Source of the DNA: a virus
Taxonomy: Duplodnaviria > Heunggongvirae > Uroviricota > Caudoviricetes
Length of the DNA: 64,000 bases
IMG/VR virus record: IMGVR_UViG_3300044929_000080
Reading direction: 5' to 3' (one strand)
Part shown: positions 1 through 9,144 of the stretch, piece after piece
Layout of the letters: the number at the start of each line of letters is the position of its first letter
Position numbering within the stretch: position 1 is the stretch's first letter
Program-made: the position numbers and the translations under genes
Notes under the pieces: generated by a model
The model's database searches: none
Told to the model about the DNA's origin: nothing
The model's input: only the letters and a program-made list of their open reading frames with translations

Positions 1-1434
1 ATGCTGAATTCAATTCTTGATTCACGCTCTGGGAAAAAAGACCAGACGGTCAGAGGACTGGAAAGCTTACCAGACCTCCTTAAGAGTTACCTAGAAGTTG
101 AACAAATCAATAAATGGATTTTCCGTCGTGAAAAAGATGGGCAGCTTTATCCATATCTCGTTAAAGCCATTCAGATGTGCTCCGATGACAGTTTTCGTCA
201 GACAGACAAAGAAGATCAGTTTGTCATCATGCGCCTCGTCTCTTACAGCATTTGCGACGATGGAAAGATGGGAACAAAGTCCGAAACGATCTCGTTTCAT
301 CGGCATCACGTATCCAATCGCAGGATTTCCAAAATCCTGTCCGATTTTGATCTTTTCAAGGAGACAAAAGAACTGATCGCTGAGTACGAAGCTCAAGTGG
401 AGCGTTATCGTGAAATCATTATGCCTGGATTTTCGCAGCAATTTGTTGCCACCGGACAGACCGTAAAGATTGGCTATAGCGGCAAGGACACTTTTTTAAA
501 CAAAACACGCGTCATTCACGACCTGTCTTCAAAAGATTTTGGTGCTTATAACGACACCATGGACGCTGAGACGAAGACCAATCACAATGAAAGCTTCCCG
601 TGTCCATTGCATCCTATGGTCAAGGTTTTCGATCTTGAATCTCATGATTTCCATTGGATCAATGGCAATATGGTGGAGCCATATGTCTATAAAAACCTAC
701 TCAATCATCTGGTTTTGCCAGAAACCCATCACGACCTTCTGGAAATGCTTACTGATGACCTGACAGACTTCTCGAATGATTTCGTTGAAGGCAAGGCAGC
801 TGGAAACCTGATTATCTGTAAGGGGCCTCCAGGCGTCGGCAAAACGCTGACAGGTGAACTGTATTCAGAGCATAAAAAAGTGCCTCTAATCGTATTACGC
901 GCGGGCAAACTCGGCACTACGGTTGCTGAAGTCACAAAAGGAATGAAGCAATACCTGGAATGGGCCACGAGGTGGAATTGCCCTATCCTCGTTAATGAAT
1001 GCGATATCTACATTGCCAAGCGCAGTGATAATATCAATCTGAACGCAATCGTCGCCGAAATGCTGCAGTTGGTTGAGTACTATCCTGGCCTGCTCTTTAT
1101 GACGACAAATCGTCCTGACGATATCGATGATGCGTTCGTCAGTCGTGCGTTGGCAATTATCAATTACGCAGCACCTGAAGGAAATCTCGTGGACGAAAGC
1201 TGGCGTCAGATTGCTTCTCTTCATGATTTGAAAATGGACGAAACTATGATCATGTCTCTCAAACAGCAATTCCCAAGCATCGTTCAGAGAGACATGAAGA
1301 TGCTTCTGAAACTCGCAATGAAAAGATCGAAGCGCAGCCGAGAACCGATTACTCCAGACTTGCTACGCAAGATGGCAATGTTCCGAGACATCAAGATGTC
1401 GGCAATTGAATTAGGCACTCCAGATAACCAATAA
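1..1434 (+). CDS. AAA+ ATPase (classic clade) with unknown ~250-aa N-domain; may be 5'-truncated by window edge
   Basis: Walker A GPPGVGKT, Walker B-like LVNECD, sensor-1 TTN, Arg-finger region DDAFVSRA (FtsH/p97-like second region of homology). Confidence 0.75.
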   Translation: MLNSILDSRSGKKDQTVRGLESLPDLLKSYLEVEQINKWIFRREKDGQLYPYLVKAIQMCSDDSFRQTDKEDQFVIMRLVSYSICDDGKMGTKSETISFHRHHVSNRRISKILSDFDLFKETKELIAEYEAQVERYREIIMPGFSQQFVATGQTVKIGYSGKDTFLNKTRVIHDLSSKDFGAYNDTMDAETKTNHNESFPCPLHPMVKVFDLESHDFHWINGNMVEPYVYKNLLNHLVLPETHHDLLEMLTDDLTDFSNDFVEGKAAGNLIICKGPPGVGKTLTGELYSEHKKVPLIVLRAGKLGTTVAEVTKGMKQYLEWATRWNCPILVNECDIYIAKRSDNINLNAIVAEMLQLVEYYPGLLFMTTNRPDDIDDAFVSRALAIINYAAPEGNLVDESWRQIASLHDLKMDETMIMSLKQQFPSIVQRDMKMLLKLAMKRSKRSREPITPDLLRKMAMFRDIKMSAIELGTPDNQ

Positions 1435-1589
1435 ATAACAAATAATTATCATTAATGAGGCTGTCCGATTAAAGTCGAGCGGCCTTATTTTTTGAATAAT
1501 GCTTAAATATCACCGGAATCTCTACAATAAACCTTGCGGACTCTTTATTGCTTTGGATATCATTAACCCTCAAATGATGAGGTTTTATT

Positions 1590-2789
1590 ATGTCCAGCAT
1601 TCCAACTTTTAAAATTAAAAATTACGACAATAGTGGAAATTATATATACGATTTAAATATGGATGCCGTCCTTTTAAGTATGGACACTCGTCGCGCTTTT
1701 ACCGTTCTTGAGAAACTGGCGAATGGACAAAAGAATGTGGGATATCTTCCCTTATATAAGGGTCTACCGCGACATCATCTTGAAGACCTGATGTCGATTA
1801 ATTCCAATAATGTCATTGATTATGACCTTTCTCTTGAAGCTAAAAATTTCTTTGACAAGCTCGGCGGGAAGTCTGGCTACCGCCAGTTTGTTGAACTCAA
1901 TCGATATCGCGATACCCTGGAGCGTAAAAAGGATCGCATTTCCCAAGAAATGATTGACCTTAACGCTGCAAATTTCATTCTGGCTCCAGCATCAAAGAAC
2001 GAGATGCTTTATGACCATCTCGGAGAAAAAGGCGGCGATGTTGAAACATTGCTTATGCAGTACAACATGCCAAAAGAAATTTTCGAGATGAGTGACACAC
2101 CGGACCGTCACAATGCATTCGAAAAATGGATCAGAGATAATGGCCGTCCTTATGCGTGGGATACATTTCGCAATGATTGGAATGGCATCTCTGTCGATGA
2201 CGTCCTAAGCTGTTGGGATGATATCTACGACGAAGACAATCAAGATGAAAAGCTTTCGAACCCTGAACTACTCAATCAATTGATAGCTGATGTAAAGGCA
2301 ACCATCGATTGCCAACTTGAAACGGACCATTATGAAGATGCCCAATACGAAGTCGTCGACATCAAAGAAATAGACGAAATAATCACGAATTGGTTCAATC
2401 AGAAAGACGCGAACAAGCCGACAGCTGACCAGAAACTGAAAGAAGAGCTAGCCTCCTGGGGAGAAAAGCAGTCCATCACGTCATATCAACAAGATAAAGG
2501 CACATTCGTTGGGCTTCATCCGAACGTAACAGCACTGGAATGCAAGCAATTTCTGGAACGAGAATTTTCAAAACTGCGCATAGAGATCGACAACATCGAC
2601 ACCATGTGGCGTCAGCCACTGTCAGAAGGAGTTTACGAGCTATCTGAAAGGCTGTCATCCTCAGGGATTTGGCTAACCCATGGGCCATATGACCCGAAGT
2701 ATCGAATTCGTTCGACGCCGGATAATCTGGATGCCGATTTCCCGACACTGGAACTTGCAGTAGAATTTGCCGAGAACATCAATCGATGA
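1590..2789 (+). CDS. hypothetical protein (399 aa)
   Basis: Long ORF, ATG with GAGG 7 nt upstream, co-directional with AAA+ gene; no recognisable motif. Confidence 0.5.
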   Translation: MSSIPTFKIKNYDNSGNYIYDLNMDAVLLSMDTRRAFTVLEKLANGQKNVGYLPLYKGLPRHHLEDLMSINSNNVIDYDLSLEAKNFFDKLGGKSGYRQFVELNRYRDTLERKKDRISQEMIDLNAANFILAPASKNEMLYDHLGEKGGDVETLLMQYNMPKEIFEMSDTPDRHNAFEKWIRDNGRPYAWDTFRNDWNGISVDDVLSCWDDIYDEDNQDEKLSNPELLNQLIADVKATIDCQLETDHYEDAQYEVVDIKEIDEIITNWFNQKDANKPTADQKLKEELASWGEKQSITSYQQDKGTFVGLHPNVTALECKQFLEREFSKLRIEIDNIDTMWRQPLSEGVYELSERLSSSGIWLTHGPYDPKYRIRSTPDNLDADFPTLELAVEFAENINR

Positions 2790-3388
2790 GATACAACCTC
2801 TTACCACTTGACGACCAGTTCGCAGCGATCATGGATCATCTCGATACATTGAGAGATGAAAACCACCCTAAGGAAATGCGTCCAAGCTATCTTCGGGAAC
2901 TTGTGAAGCAAGCAAGCAAGCGCGATGACCTCCCACGAGACAAAGTTTGTCGCTGGCTTGGCTATTGCTATGGCATAGTGATGGCACGGCACAGCAGCCT
3001 ATCGCAGATATTTTCGTTTAACGAACCAAAACTTGTTGATGATTTATCGAACCATCCTGTGGTTATGGCGTCATTGGAAATTCTAAACCATTTACAAACT
3101 ATCATCCAAAAGAACGATAAAATCGTTCGATATGCCGATAATTTCCCCAATACTGAGAATGTTTACGCACCAATTTTAATTGAAGCATTGATCGATTATA
3201 CAAAAAAAGACGCAAAACTAATTGGTGTAAATGCTTTAAGTCTTCGTCTTGGATTAATTCAAGGCTACATGGTCGCTTATAACTATATCGACGTTGACCA
3301 GGAACGTAATTTCACCAGGCCTTTATTTCACAAAGCCTACGAAAATATTGGGATTGTGCCACCAAGAAGTGTTTCTGTTAGTGTCTAA
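2786..3388 (+). CDS. hypothetical protein (200 aa)
   Basis: ATGA start/stop overlap with upstream ORF (translational coupling). Confidence 0.5.
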   Translation: MRYNLLPLDDQFAAIMDHLDTLRDENHPKEMRPSYLRELVKQASKRDDLPRDKVCRWLGYCYGIVMARHSSLSQIFSFNEPKLVDDLSNHPVVMASLEILNHLQTIIQKNDKIVRYADNFPNTENVYAPILIEALIDYTKKDAKLIGVNALSLRLGLIQGYMVAYNYIDVDQERNFTRPLFHKAYENIGIVPPRSVSVSV

Positions 3389-3400
3389 AAGGAAATCACC

Positions 3401-3931
3401 ATGCTGGATATGCAAAATGTAAATGTTTCCACAGACGCAGCGCTCTCCAATTATACGAGATGGGCTAATTCAGGGTTTTGGGCCAGCTTTTTTCAGCTGG
3501 ACTTTAATGTTCACTCATTTAAATCCATAAAGCTACCTAGCGCTAACGTCCGGGAACGTATGTGCAATGCCATGATGGCTAATATCAGCACGGTTTCGCC
3601 CTCTCAAATGAACAATCGCTTGAGCTTCATGGAAGCTGTCTTGGATGCAATGAGAAAAAGAGAAAGCTTATTGTTGAACCACTATTTCACAATGCGGAAG
3701 CACGGCGTTAACGTCCTGTTTTTATGTTCTATCTCAATGGCGTTTTTGACGTTCGCAATAGGTATGCAGAATAGCCCGCTTTCCCTTGTTATTTCCTCGA
3801 TGATCGCGATATCTGCAATCTTGGGCTACAGCACTGCCAGAAATACCTTCAAGAAAAAGTATAATAAGATACAAAGTATCGCAAATGATCCTGGTGAACA
3901 GAGTAATTACATTTTATGGGAAGAAAAATAA
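3401..3931 (+). CDS. membrane protein, soluble N-domain + C-terminal 2-TM hairpin
   Basis: AAGGA RBS 8 nt upstream; hydrophobic segments VNVLFLCSISMAFLTFAIGM and LSLVISSMIAISAILGY near C-terminus. Confidence 0.5.
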   Translation: MLDMQNVNVSTDAALSNYTRWANSGFWASFFQLDFNVHSFKSIKLPSANVRERMCNAMMANISTVSPSQMNNRLSFMEAVLDAMRKRESLLLNHYFTMRKHGVNVLFLCSISMAFLTFAIGMQNSPLSLVISSMIAISAILGYSTARNTFKKKYNKIQSIANDPGEQSNYILWEEK

Positions 3932-4461
3932 TGACAAACAGATCAGAACCGATAAATGATGTGAATAAAATATTAGAACATATTATTGCCTTCTCTAAAA
4001 TGGGATTTATCACAGGATATTTCAGAATAGAAAATCAAATAGATGCTTCTGCGTTGCCTAGCGTAAAATTACGACGCCAGTTTACTGAAGATCAAGAAAA
4101 AAACAGGAGAAGCACAGATAGCTATGAAGCTATAGAAAACCGAAAAATCTATACTCATCAAATCGTAGAAAATCTGGAAGCTGCTGAGAAATCTATTGTC
4201 GAAAAATTTCAAAACGACAAAAGAAAAGGGACAGACGCTTTTTTTGGATCGGTTGTATTCATGTTTTTGTTGGCGATAATTGCAACACAGCTGATAGAAG
4301 ATGAAAAAAATGCTGCATCTGTTGGCCTTAACATTCTATCCGTTTTCCCTCTTATTTACATTCCCCTCTATATTTTTATGAAAATCAGAGTTAAGAGACT
4401 TTACGACAAGGCCCATGCTGCACAAGACATGAGCTGGGTATTTCCATGGAAACAGCCGTAA
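3931..4461 (+). CDS. membrane protein, soluble N-domain + C-terminal 2-TM hairpin (paralog-like of 5294..5827)
   Basis: TAATG stop/start overlap with upstream ORF (track start 3916 is in frame but upstream). Shares N-terminal motif KMGF-x-G-Y/F with 5294..5827. Two C-terminal TM segments. Confidence 0.5.
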   Translation: MTNRSEPINDVNKILEHIIAFSKMGFITGYFRIENQIDASALPSVKLRRQFTEDQEKNRRSTDSYEAIENRKIYTHQIVENLEAAEKSIVEKFQNDKRKGTDAFFGSVVFMFLLAIIATQLIEDEKNAASVGLNILSVFPLIYIPLYIFMKIRVKRLYDKAHAAQDMSWVFPWKQP

Positions 4462-4477
4462 GACTTCGCGAGGTTTG

Positions 4478-4726
4478 GTGACTACTGATACAGAAAGAGA
4501 AGGTACGAAAAAGAGGGTTTCCCGCTTCCGTGAGCGCGAGAAAGCAAGAAACCTTCAAATTGCATTAGCGTCTGCAAGAATGGCGCTTGGCAAAGATGTC
4601 GGCGATTCCGGACGCGCACTTGCCGATTTTCTGGAAAAGCAAGCCAAACAGCCAGATCTTCCTGATGATTATTCCTCCCTAATGGGAGACGCCATTGACG
4701 TTTTGCGATCAAAAAGACGGCGTTGA
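4478..4726 (+). CDS. small basic protein (approx 82 aa), GTG/TTG start
   Basis: ORF with GAGG upstream of GTG; Lys/Arg-rich N-terminus; weak support. Confidence 0.25.
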   Translation: MTTDTEREGTKKRVSRFREREKARNLQIALASARMALGKDVGDSGRALADFLEKQAKQPDLPDDYSSLMGDAIDVLRSKRRR

Positions 4727-4793
4727 ATTGTCATATAGGCAATATTTTCTGCACAGCAAATATAGCGATTCCTCAAAATTTCTGACAGTTAGT

Positions 4794-5153
4794 TCATTTT
4801 TTAAACGTGTTAACTAGGCCCTGGCAACTCGTGTCGAGATCGTTCTTGAGGGAGTCATATCCACGCTCTTCGACCTGTAAATTATATTCAACCAACTTGT
4901 GCACCACGAAAGTCTGAGCATCCTGCTCAGAGATGTTAAGAGTTGACGCCTCAAACATAAATTCGTCGCCAAGTGTTGCCAGTGTCTGAGCTGCAAATGG
5001 CGAGACAACGTTCTTCCCATCAAATCCATTTTTGATCGCGGTGTAGGCCATGCATTGGCCCAACTCTTTATAATGCTTGTCATCTGCCGCACCGGCGAAT
5101 GTCGCATTAAACGCGAGTGCAGTCGCAATCAAAATTGTTCTGACGTTATACAT
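4794..5153 (-). CDS. secreted small protein with signal peptide
   Basis: N-terminal MYNVRTILIATALAFNATFAGAADD resembles Sec signal peptide with AxA cleavage site; two Cys. Confidence 0.5.
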   Translation of the reverse strand: MYNVRTILIATALAFNATFAGAADDKHYKELGQCMAYTAIKNGFDGKNVVSPFAAQTLATLGDEFMFEASTLNISEQDAQTFVVHKLVEYNLQVEERGYDSLKNDLDTSCQGLVNTFKK

Positions 5154-5293
5154 TAAGAAAATCCTTTGGTTTTAATCATTTTAGCCACAAGTTTTACGGT
5201 CAACAAGTGCCAAAGCACTCATAAACCTTGAATTAATTTCAGCCTGTATTCATCCTATTCATCAGAGAAATATCCCTGCCAAGGACACCCATA

Positions 5294-5827
5294 ATGCCAT
5301 CTTCGAGCGAAATAAAAAGAAATTATGATAGCGATATCATCGTAGAACAACTTTCAGCACCAATGAAAAAATGGGCAAAAATGGGTTTCATGCGCGGATT
5401 TGTCGGGTTAAGAACTGAGGCCTTGCCGAAAGGCAAGATGGTTTTACCTTCAGCTGCATTTAATGAAGTTGCTTTAAAAGCAATTGATGAGGGTAAGCCA
5501 ACAGATGAAGAAATGACACTTCGAACAAGATTTGTCGCAGAAGTCGATCAAAAGCTTCGAGAAATGCAAGGCGAAGCAATCAATCGCCATTTTAAATTTG
5601 CAACGATAGGCCAGTTTGTAGATATCGTAATGGCTATTGGAATTACTATTTTGATCGTCGGTCTTCTGATAAGGGTTGGCCCCTATCACCCGATCACAAT
5701 GGCCCTGGTTCCGTTGTTTGGCGTAAAACTTCTATTCGTACGACACAGTGCAAAGAGAGTGCTGAATATTGCTCAACAAGCCTTTAAATCAAAAGCCGAT
5801 CAAATAGGCCTGCCATGGTCGTCATGA
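5294..5827 (+). CDS. membrane protein, soluble N-domain + C-terminal 2-TM hairpin
   Basis: AAGGA RBS; motif KMGFMRGF shared with 3931..4461; two C-terminal TM segments. Confidence 0.5.
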   Translation: MPSSSEIKRNYDSDIIVEQLSAPMKKWAKMGFMRGFVGLRTEALPKGKMVLPSAAFNEVALKAIDEGKPTDEEMTLRTRFVAEVDQKLREMQGEAINRHFKFATIGQFVDIVMAIGITILIVGLLIRVGPYHPITMALVPLFGVKLLFVRHSAKRVLNIAQQAFKSKADQIGLPWSS

Positions 5828-5829
5828 CA

Positions 5830-5866
5830 GGCCTTGTCTCAATGTCTAGGCCCATGGGCCTTGTCT
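5830..5866. repeat. palindrome/direct repeat between convergent genes (possible bidirectional terminator)
   Basis: Perfect 14-bp palindrome AGGCCCATGGGCCT flanked by direct repeat GGCCTTGTCT x2. Confidence 0.4.
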
Positions 5867-6871
5867 GCGTTGTGAAGAAGGCGACAAAACTTTGGCTCCG
5901 GCATAGGAAACCAGCGACTTAATGCGCTGATCGATTGTCGGATGCGTCGAAAACAAATTCCCGGCAAAGGATCGTGCATTATCAAAAAACATGCCTCTAA
6001 CTTCATTTGGCACGCCTTGCACGTCTGAACGTCCTGAGATTTTTAGAAGTGCCGAAACCATAGCATCAGGGTTCTTTGTCATGCGAACTGCTTCAAGGTC
6101 TGCCATATATTCCCGCGTTCTAGACAAAGCGAGCTGTGTCATTACCGACAAAATGCGGGTGACAATTAATATGGCCAAGGCAATCAGAACAAGAATGAGG
6201 ACAGCTGCCGCTCCCCCACCTTTATCATTGCTGCTCTTTTTGCTGGTTGATGAAACGGTGAACGCGCGAAGAAAAATGTCACCGTTTCTAAACATTAATT
6301 CCAAGATCAATGTAAAGATACCAACGAAAACACTAGCAATAACCATAAGGCGGACATCTCCGTGCCGGATATGCGCAAGTTCATGTGCCAGGACGCCTTC
6401 AAGTTCATCTTTACTTAGCGTACGCATCAATCCACGCGTAACCGCAACCATATATTGCCGCTTCGTCATACCTGAAGCAAAGGCATTCATCGCATCTGTT
6501 TCAATAATGCTAAGCCTAGGCATTGGCATGCCTTTGGCGATACACAGATTTTCAAGAAGATTATAGAGCTCAGGCTCCTGCTTCCGGCTTACAGACTTTG
6601 CACCCATCGCCATATTAATCATCTGAACATTGAGAAGGAAAGCAATGACAAACCAGACAGCCACACCAACAAAGACATAAGGAATAGTAGGCGGCAGAGC
6701 ATAAAATCCTGCCACCAGTGCTTCCGTAACGGGCATTCCGGAAAGGCCAAGCTGTACAATGAGGCCTGCGTAAACGATCAGTCCCACAAAAACAGGGAAC
6801 ATCGCCAGCAGAAACAGAGACTTGATGCCGTTATTCCAAATTTGGGACTGACTGCCCGTTGATTTCATCAT
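5846..6871 (-). CDS. M48 family zinc metallopeptidase (HtpX-like), polytopic membrane
   Basis: HExxH zinc motif LAHELAHIRHGD, multiple TM helices; immediately downstream of LemA gene (conserved LemA-HtpX neighbourhood). Confidence 0.8.
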   Translation of the reverse strand: MMKSTGSQSQIWNNGIKSLFLLAMFPVFVGLIVYAGLIVQLGLSGMPVTEALVAGFYALPPTIPYVFVGVAVWFVIAFLLNVQMINMAMGAKSVSRKQEPELYNLLENLCIAKGMPMPRLSIIETDAMNAFASGMTKRQYMVAVTRGLMRTLSKDELEGVLAHELAHIRHGDVRLMVIASVFVGIFTLILELMFRNGDIFLRAFTVSSTSKKSSNDKGGGAAAVLILVLIALAILIVTRILSVMTQLALSRTREYMADLEAVRMTKNPDAMVSALLKISGRSDVQGVPNEVRGMFFDNARSFAGNLFSTHPTIDQRIKSLVSYAGAKVLSPSSQRRQGPWA

Positions 6872-6895
6872 TCGGTCAATACCTCATCACACTAA

Positions 6896-7465
6896 TCAGA
6901 AAGATACCGTGGGCGCACGCTCTTCCTGCTGTCGCGCATCTTCGGTGAGCATGAACATAGTTTCAGCCTTGAAACCAAGCATTGAAGCATAGAGGACTGC
7001 AGGGAACACCTCGATTGCGCTGTTATATTCAGCAACAGAACCGTTCAGAAATCGGCGAGATGATGCAACCTTATTTTCGATGTCAGACAGTTCGCGTTGG
7101 AGTTCGAGAAAATTCTGGTTTGCCTTCAGATCAGGATAGGCTTCAGCAACAGCAAAGAGCCTGCCAAGCGCCGCTGTCATCATCCCTTCTGCTTGTGCAG
7201 CACCCCCTGGAGACGTTGCACCATTGGCGGCGGCACGGGCTTTCAAAACTGCTTCGAGCGTATCCTTTTCATGGCTGGCATAACCCTTAACTGTATTGAC
7301 AAGATTGCCAATCAGATCGCTACGCGCACGAATTTGAGCATCGATATCGCTGAAAGCCTGGCGAACATTTTGCCTAAGCCGCACGAGACGGTTGTAGCCA
7401 ATAATCAGGAATAAGGCCACAACAGCAAAAATAGCGAGAATGATGTACAAGAATTCCAATTTCAT
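6896..7465 (-). CDS. lemA: LemA family protein
   Basis: N-terminal TM then LemA-like sequence (IGYNRLVRLRQNVRQAFSDIDAQ...). AAGGAG RBS. Operon with M48 peptidase. Confidence 0.8.
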   Translation of the reverse strand: MKLEFLYIILAIFAVVALFLIIGYNRLVRLRQNVRQAFSDIDAQIRARSDLIGNLVNTVKGYASHEKDTLEAVLKARAAANGATSPGGAAQAEGMMTAALGRLFAVAEAYPDLKANQNFLELQRELSDIENKVASSRRFLNGSVAEYNSAIEVFPAVLYASMLGFKAETMFMLTEDARQQEERAPTVSF

Positions 7466-7650
7466 CTCCTTTATTCATTTTAAACGGCAATAAGCCATTT
7501 ATTTATGTAAGGGTTATAATTGACACATCAAAGGATAGCAATATTTATGATTTAAAATAATCCCTGTTTAATAAAAATATATTTTTATCAATTAAATTTG
7601 AAATTTGCACATTAATAGTCCCTCATAAAAATGAAATTCAGGAGATAATT

Positions 7651-8076
7651 ATGCGTTTCGGAAAATTAGATGCCGCCCCTTTTCCCATTGAAGCATCAGA
7701 TGAAAACATCGCGTTAGCCAAGGAGTTTTTGCTTCAAAAATGGATTGAGCGGCATGAAGAGTTAAAAATTGACCGCCCTGCCCCAACCGATCTTTCGAAT
7801 TCTTGTAAGTTCAGCGCTTTGTTTTCGAGTGTAGTTTTTGGAGGCGACATTGCGGGAAATTATGATCACGTTTTCACATTAATTGATGACGAAGTTTTAG
7901 ATCTGAACGAAGATGCAGTCGATGTAGCAGAACTACCCGATCCACATAAAGAGGATGATGCGTTCATTTACAGTGAGGATTTTGACTATTCAATCCGGAC
8001 TTGTATTCCACGCGTTCAAAATTGGATTGCTGAATTTTCGGTCCTGCTTGAAGCTACAACCTCTTTAAAAATTTAA
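7651..8076 (+). CDS. hypothetical acidic protein (141 aa)
   Basis: AGGAG RBS 7 nt upstream of ATG. Confidence 0.45.
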   Translation: MRFGKLDAAPFPIEASDENIALAKEFLLQKWIERHEELKIDRPAPTDLSNSCKFSALFSSVVFGGDIAGNYDHVFTLIDDEVLDLNEDAVDVAELPDPHKEDDAFIYSEDFDYSIRTCIPRVQNWIAEFSVLLEATTSLKI

Positions 8077-8706
8077 AGGGGTTAACTGTCGATTTTCTTC
8101 ATAATAGAATCGTGTAACATGGCTTTGGTGTGAATACTTCTTTTCTTCTAAAGAAGTCGGAATATTCAACTCAGGCAGCAAAACCTCAATAGCGCTTTCA
8201 ATATCAGGGTATTCTGATGCCACAAAGCGATGATTTCCACGCCGAAATTTAACATGCCAGCCAATGCCACCAACTACGCCTTCATGAGGCTTTGCCTCTG
8301 AATGCTGAGTTGCATGAACAGATTTCGATTTTCCGCTCACTTGATTGAGTGCCATATAGGTCCTGCAGATATCGCCATAACCTTGATATTCATAACAGCA
8401 ATGAAAGGTCCAGTCGCCCGTTACAAGCGTTTTGTCCCGATGCCTATACCAATCAACCAATTCTTGAACCATATGACGTTTCGTGGTTCGGCTATAACCA
8501 CCAATTACAGCTGAATTGATGAGCGTCGTTCCCATGCCAAGAACAATGGATTCACCAAACCAGCACTTTACATCGCCACCATTTTCACCACGCCAAACAT
8601 CACCAATATGACAGCCGTCCAGCTCAACACGCCATCTAGCCCGTTCCAGAAAACCATAATCAATCTGATTTGTGTGGTCGATCTTGATGAGAACTGGTTC
8701 TGACAT
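8065..8706 (-). CDS. hypothetical protein (213 aa), Cys/His-rich
   Basis: GGGAGA RBS; last gene of three-gene minus-strand array with MBL nuclease. Confidence 0.5.
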   Translation of the reverse strand: MSEPVLIKIDHTNQIDYGFLERARWRVELDGCHIGDVWRGENGGDVKCWFGESIVLGMGTTLINSAVIGGYSRTTKRHMVQELVDWYRHRDKTLVTGDWTFHCCYEYQGYGDICRTYMALNQVSGKSKSVHATQHSEAKPHEGVVGGIGWHVKFRRGNHRFVASEYPDIESAIEVLLPELNIPTSLEEKKYSHQSHVTRFYYEENRQLTPLNF

Positions 8707-8716
8707 GACAATCTCC

Positions 8717-9136
8717 CTAAACAGTTAGCGGTGGATCTTCGGCATCTTTAGCAAACTGGGCTTCCTTAAAAGACTTCTGCCGTTCTCTATATAGCCTAGT
8801 CCAATCCTCGCCCCATTCCTTCTGTGCCGCCTTGATTGCATCCACACGCTCACGCGCTGCAATGGCTTCTGGCCTGCCATTTTCTGTCAGTTCCCACAGC
8901 ATGTCCGCCTTCCCGCCCATAATTGACAGACCAAACTTGGTTGATCGAACCCAACCATTTCGGCGAGCTTTTTTAAAAGCAGGCTTGAGATAGCTGTCGA
9001 TGGGAGGGAAGCTGTTTTTCAATTCTCCGTCTGATCCTGCGAACCAGGACATGACCGTGTCGAGATGCTTCGGGTCTTTCGGATAATAGCGCCCGACCAT
9101 CACCTCATTGTGGTTCATTGTTTTTTTGCGGGCCAT
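8717..9136 (-). CDS. hypothetical basic protein (139 aa)
   Basis: 10-nt spacing to downstream ORF, 8-nt spacing to upstream nuclease gene. Confidence 0.45.
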   Translation of the reverse strand: MARKKTMNHNEVMVGRYYPKDPKHLDTVMSWFAGSDGELKNSFPPIDSYLKPAFKKARRNGWVRSTKFGLSIMGGKADMLWELTENGRPEAIAARERVDAIKAAQKEWGEDWTRLYRERQKSFKEAQFAKDAEDPPLTV

Positions 9137-9144
9137 ATATCCTC

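Noticed and set aside
91-1269. Antisense and alternate-frame ORFs inside the AAA+ gene (91..441, 98..376, 729..968, 895..1269)
   Set aside because: Fully nested within a strongly supported CDS, no RBS, low-complexity composition. The same logic applies to nested ORFs inside 12591..17047, 21778..27793, 38334..40229 and 49700..51310.
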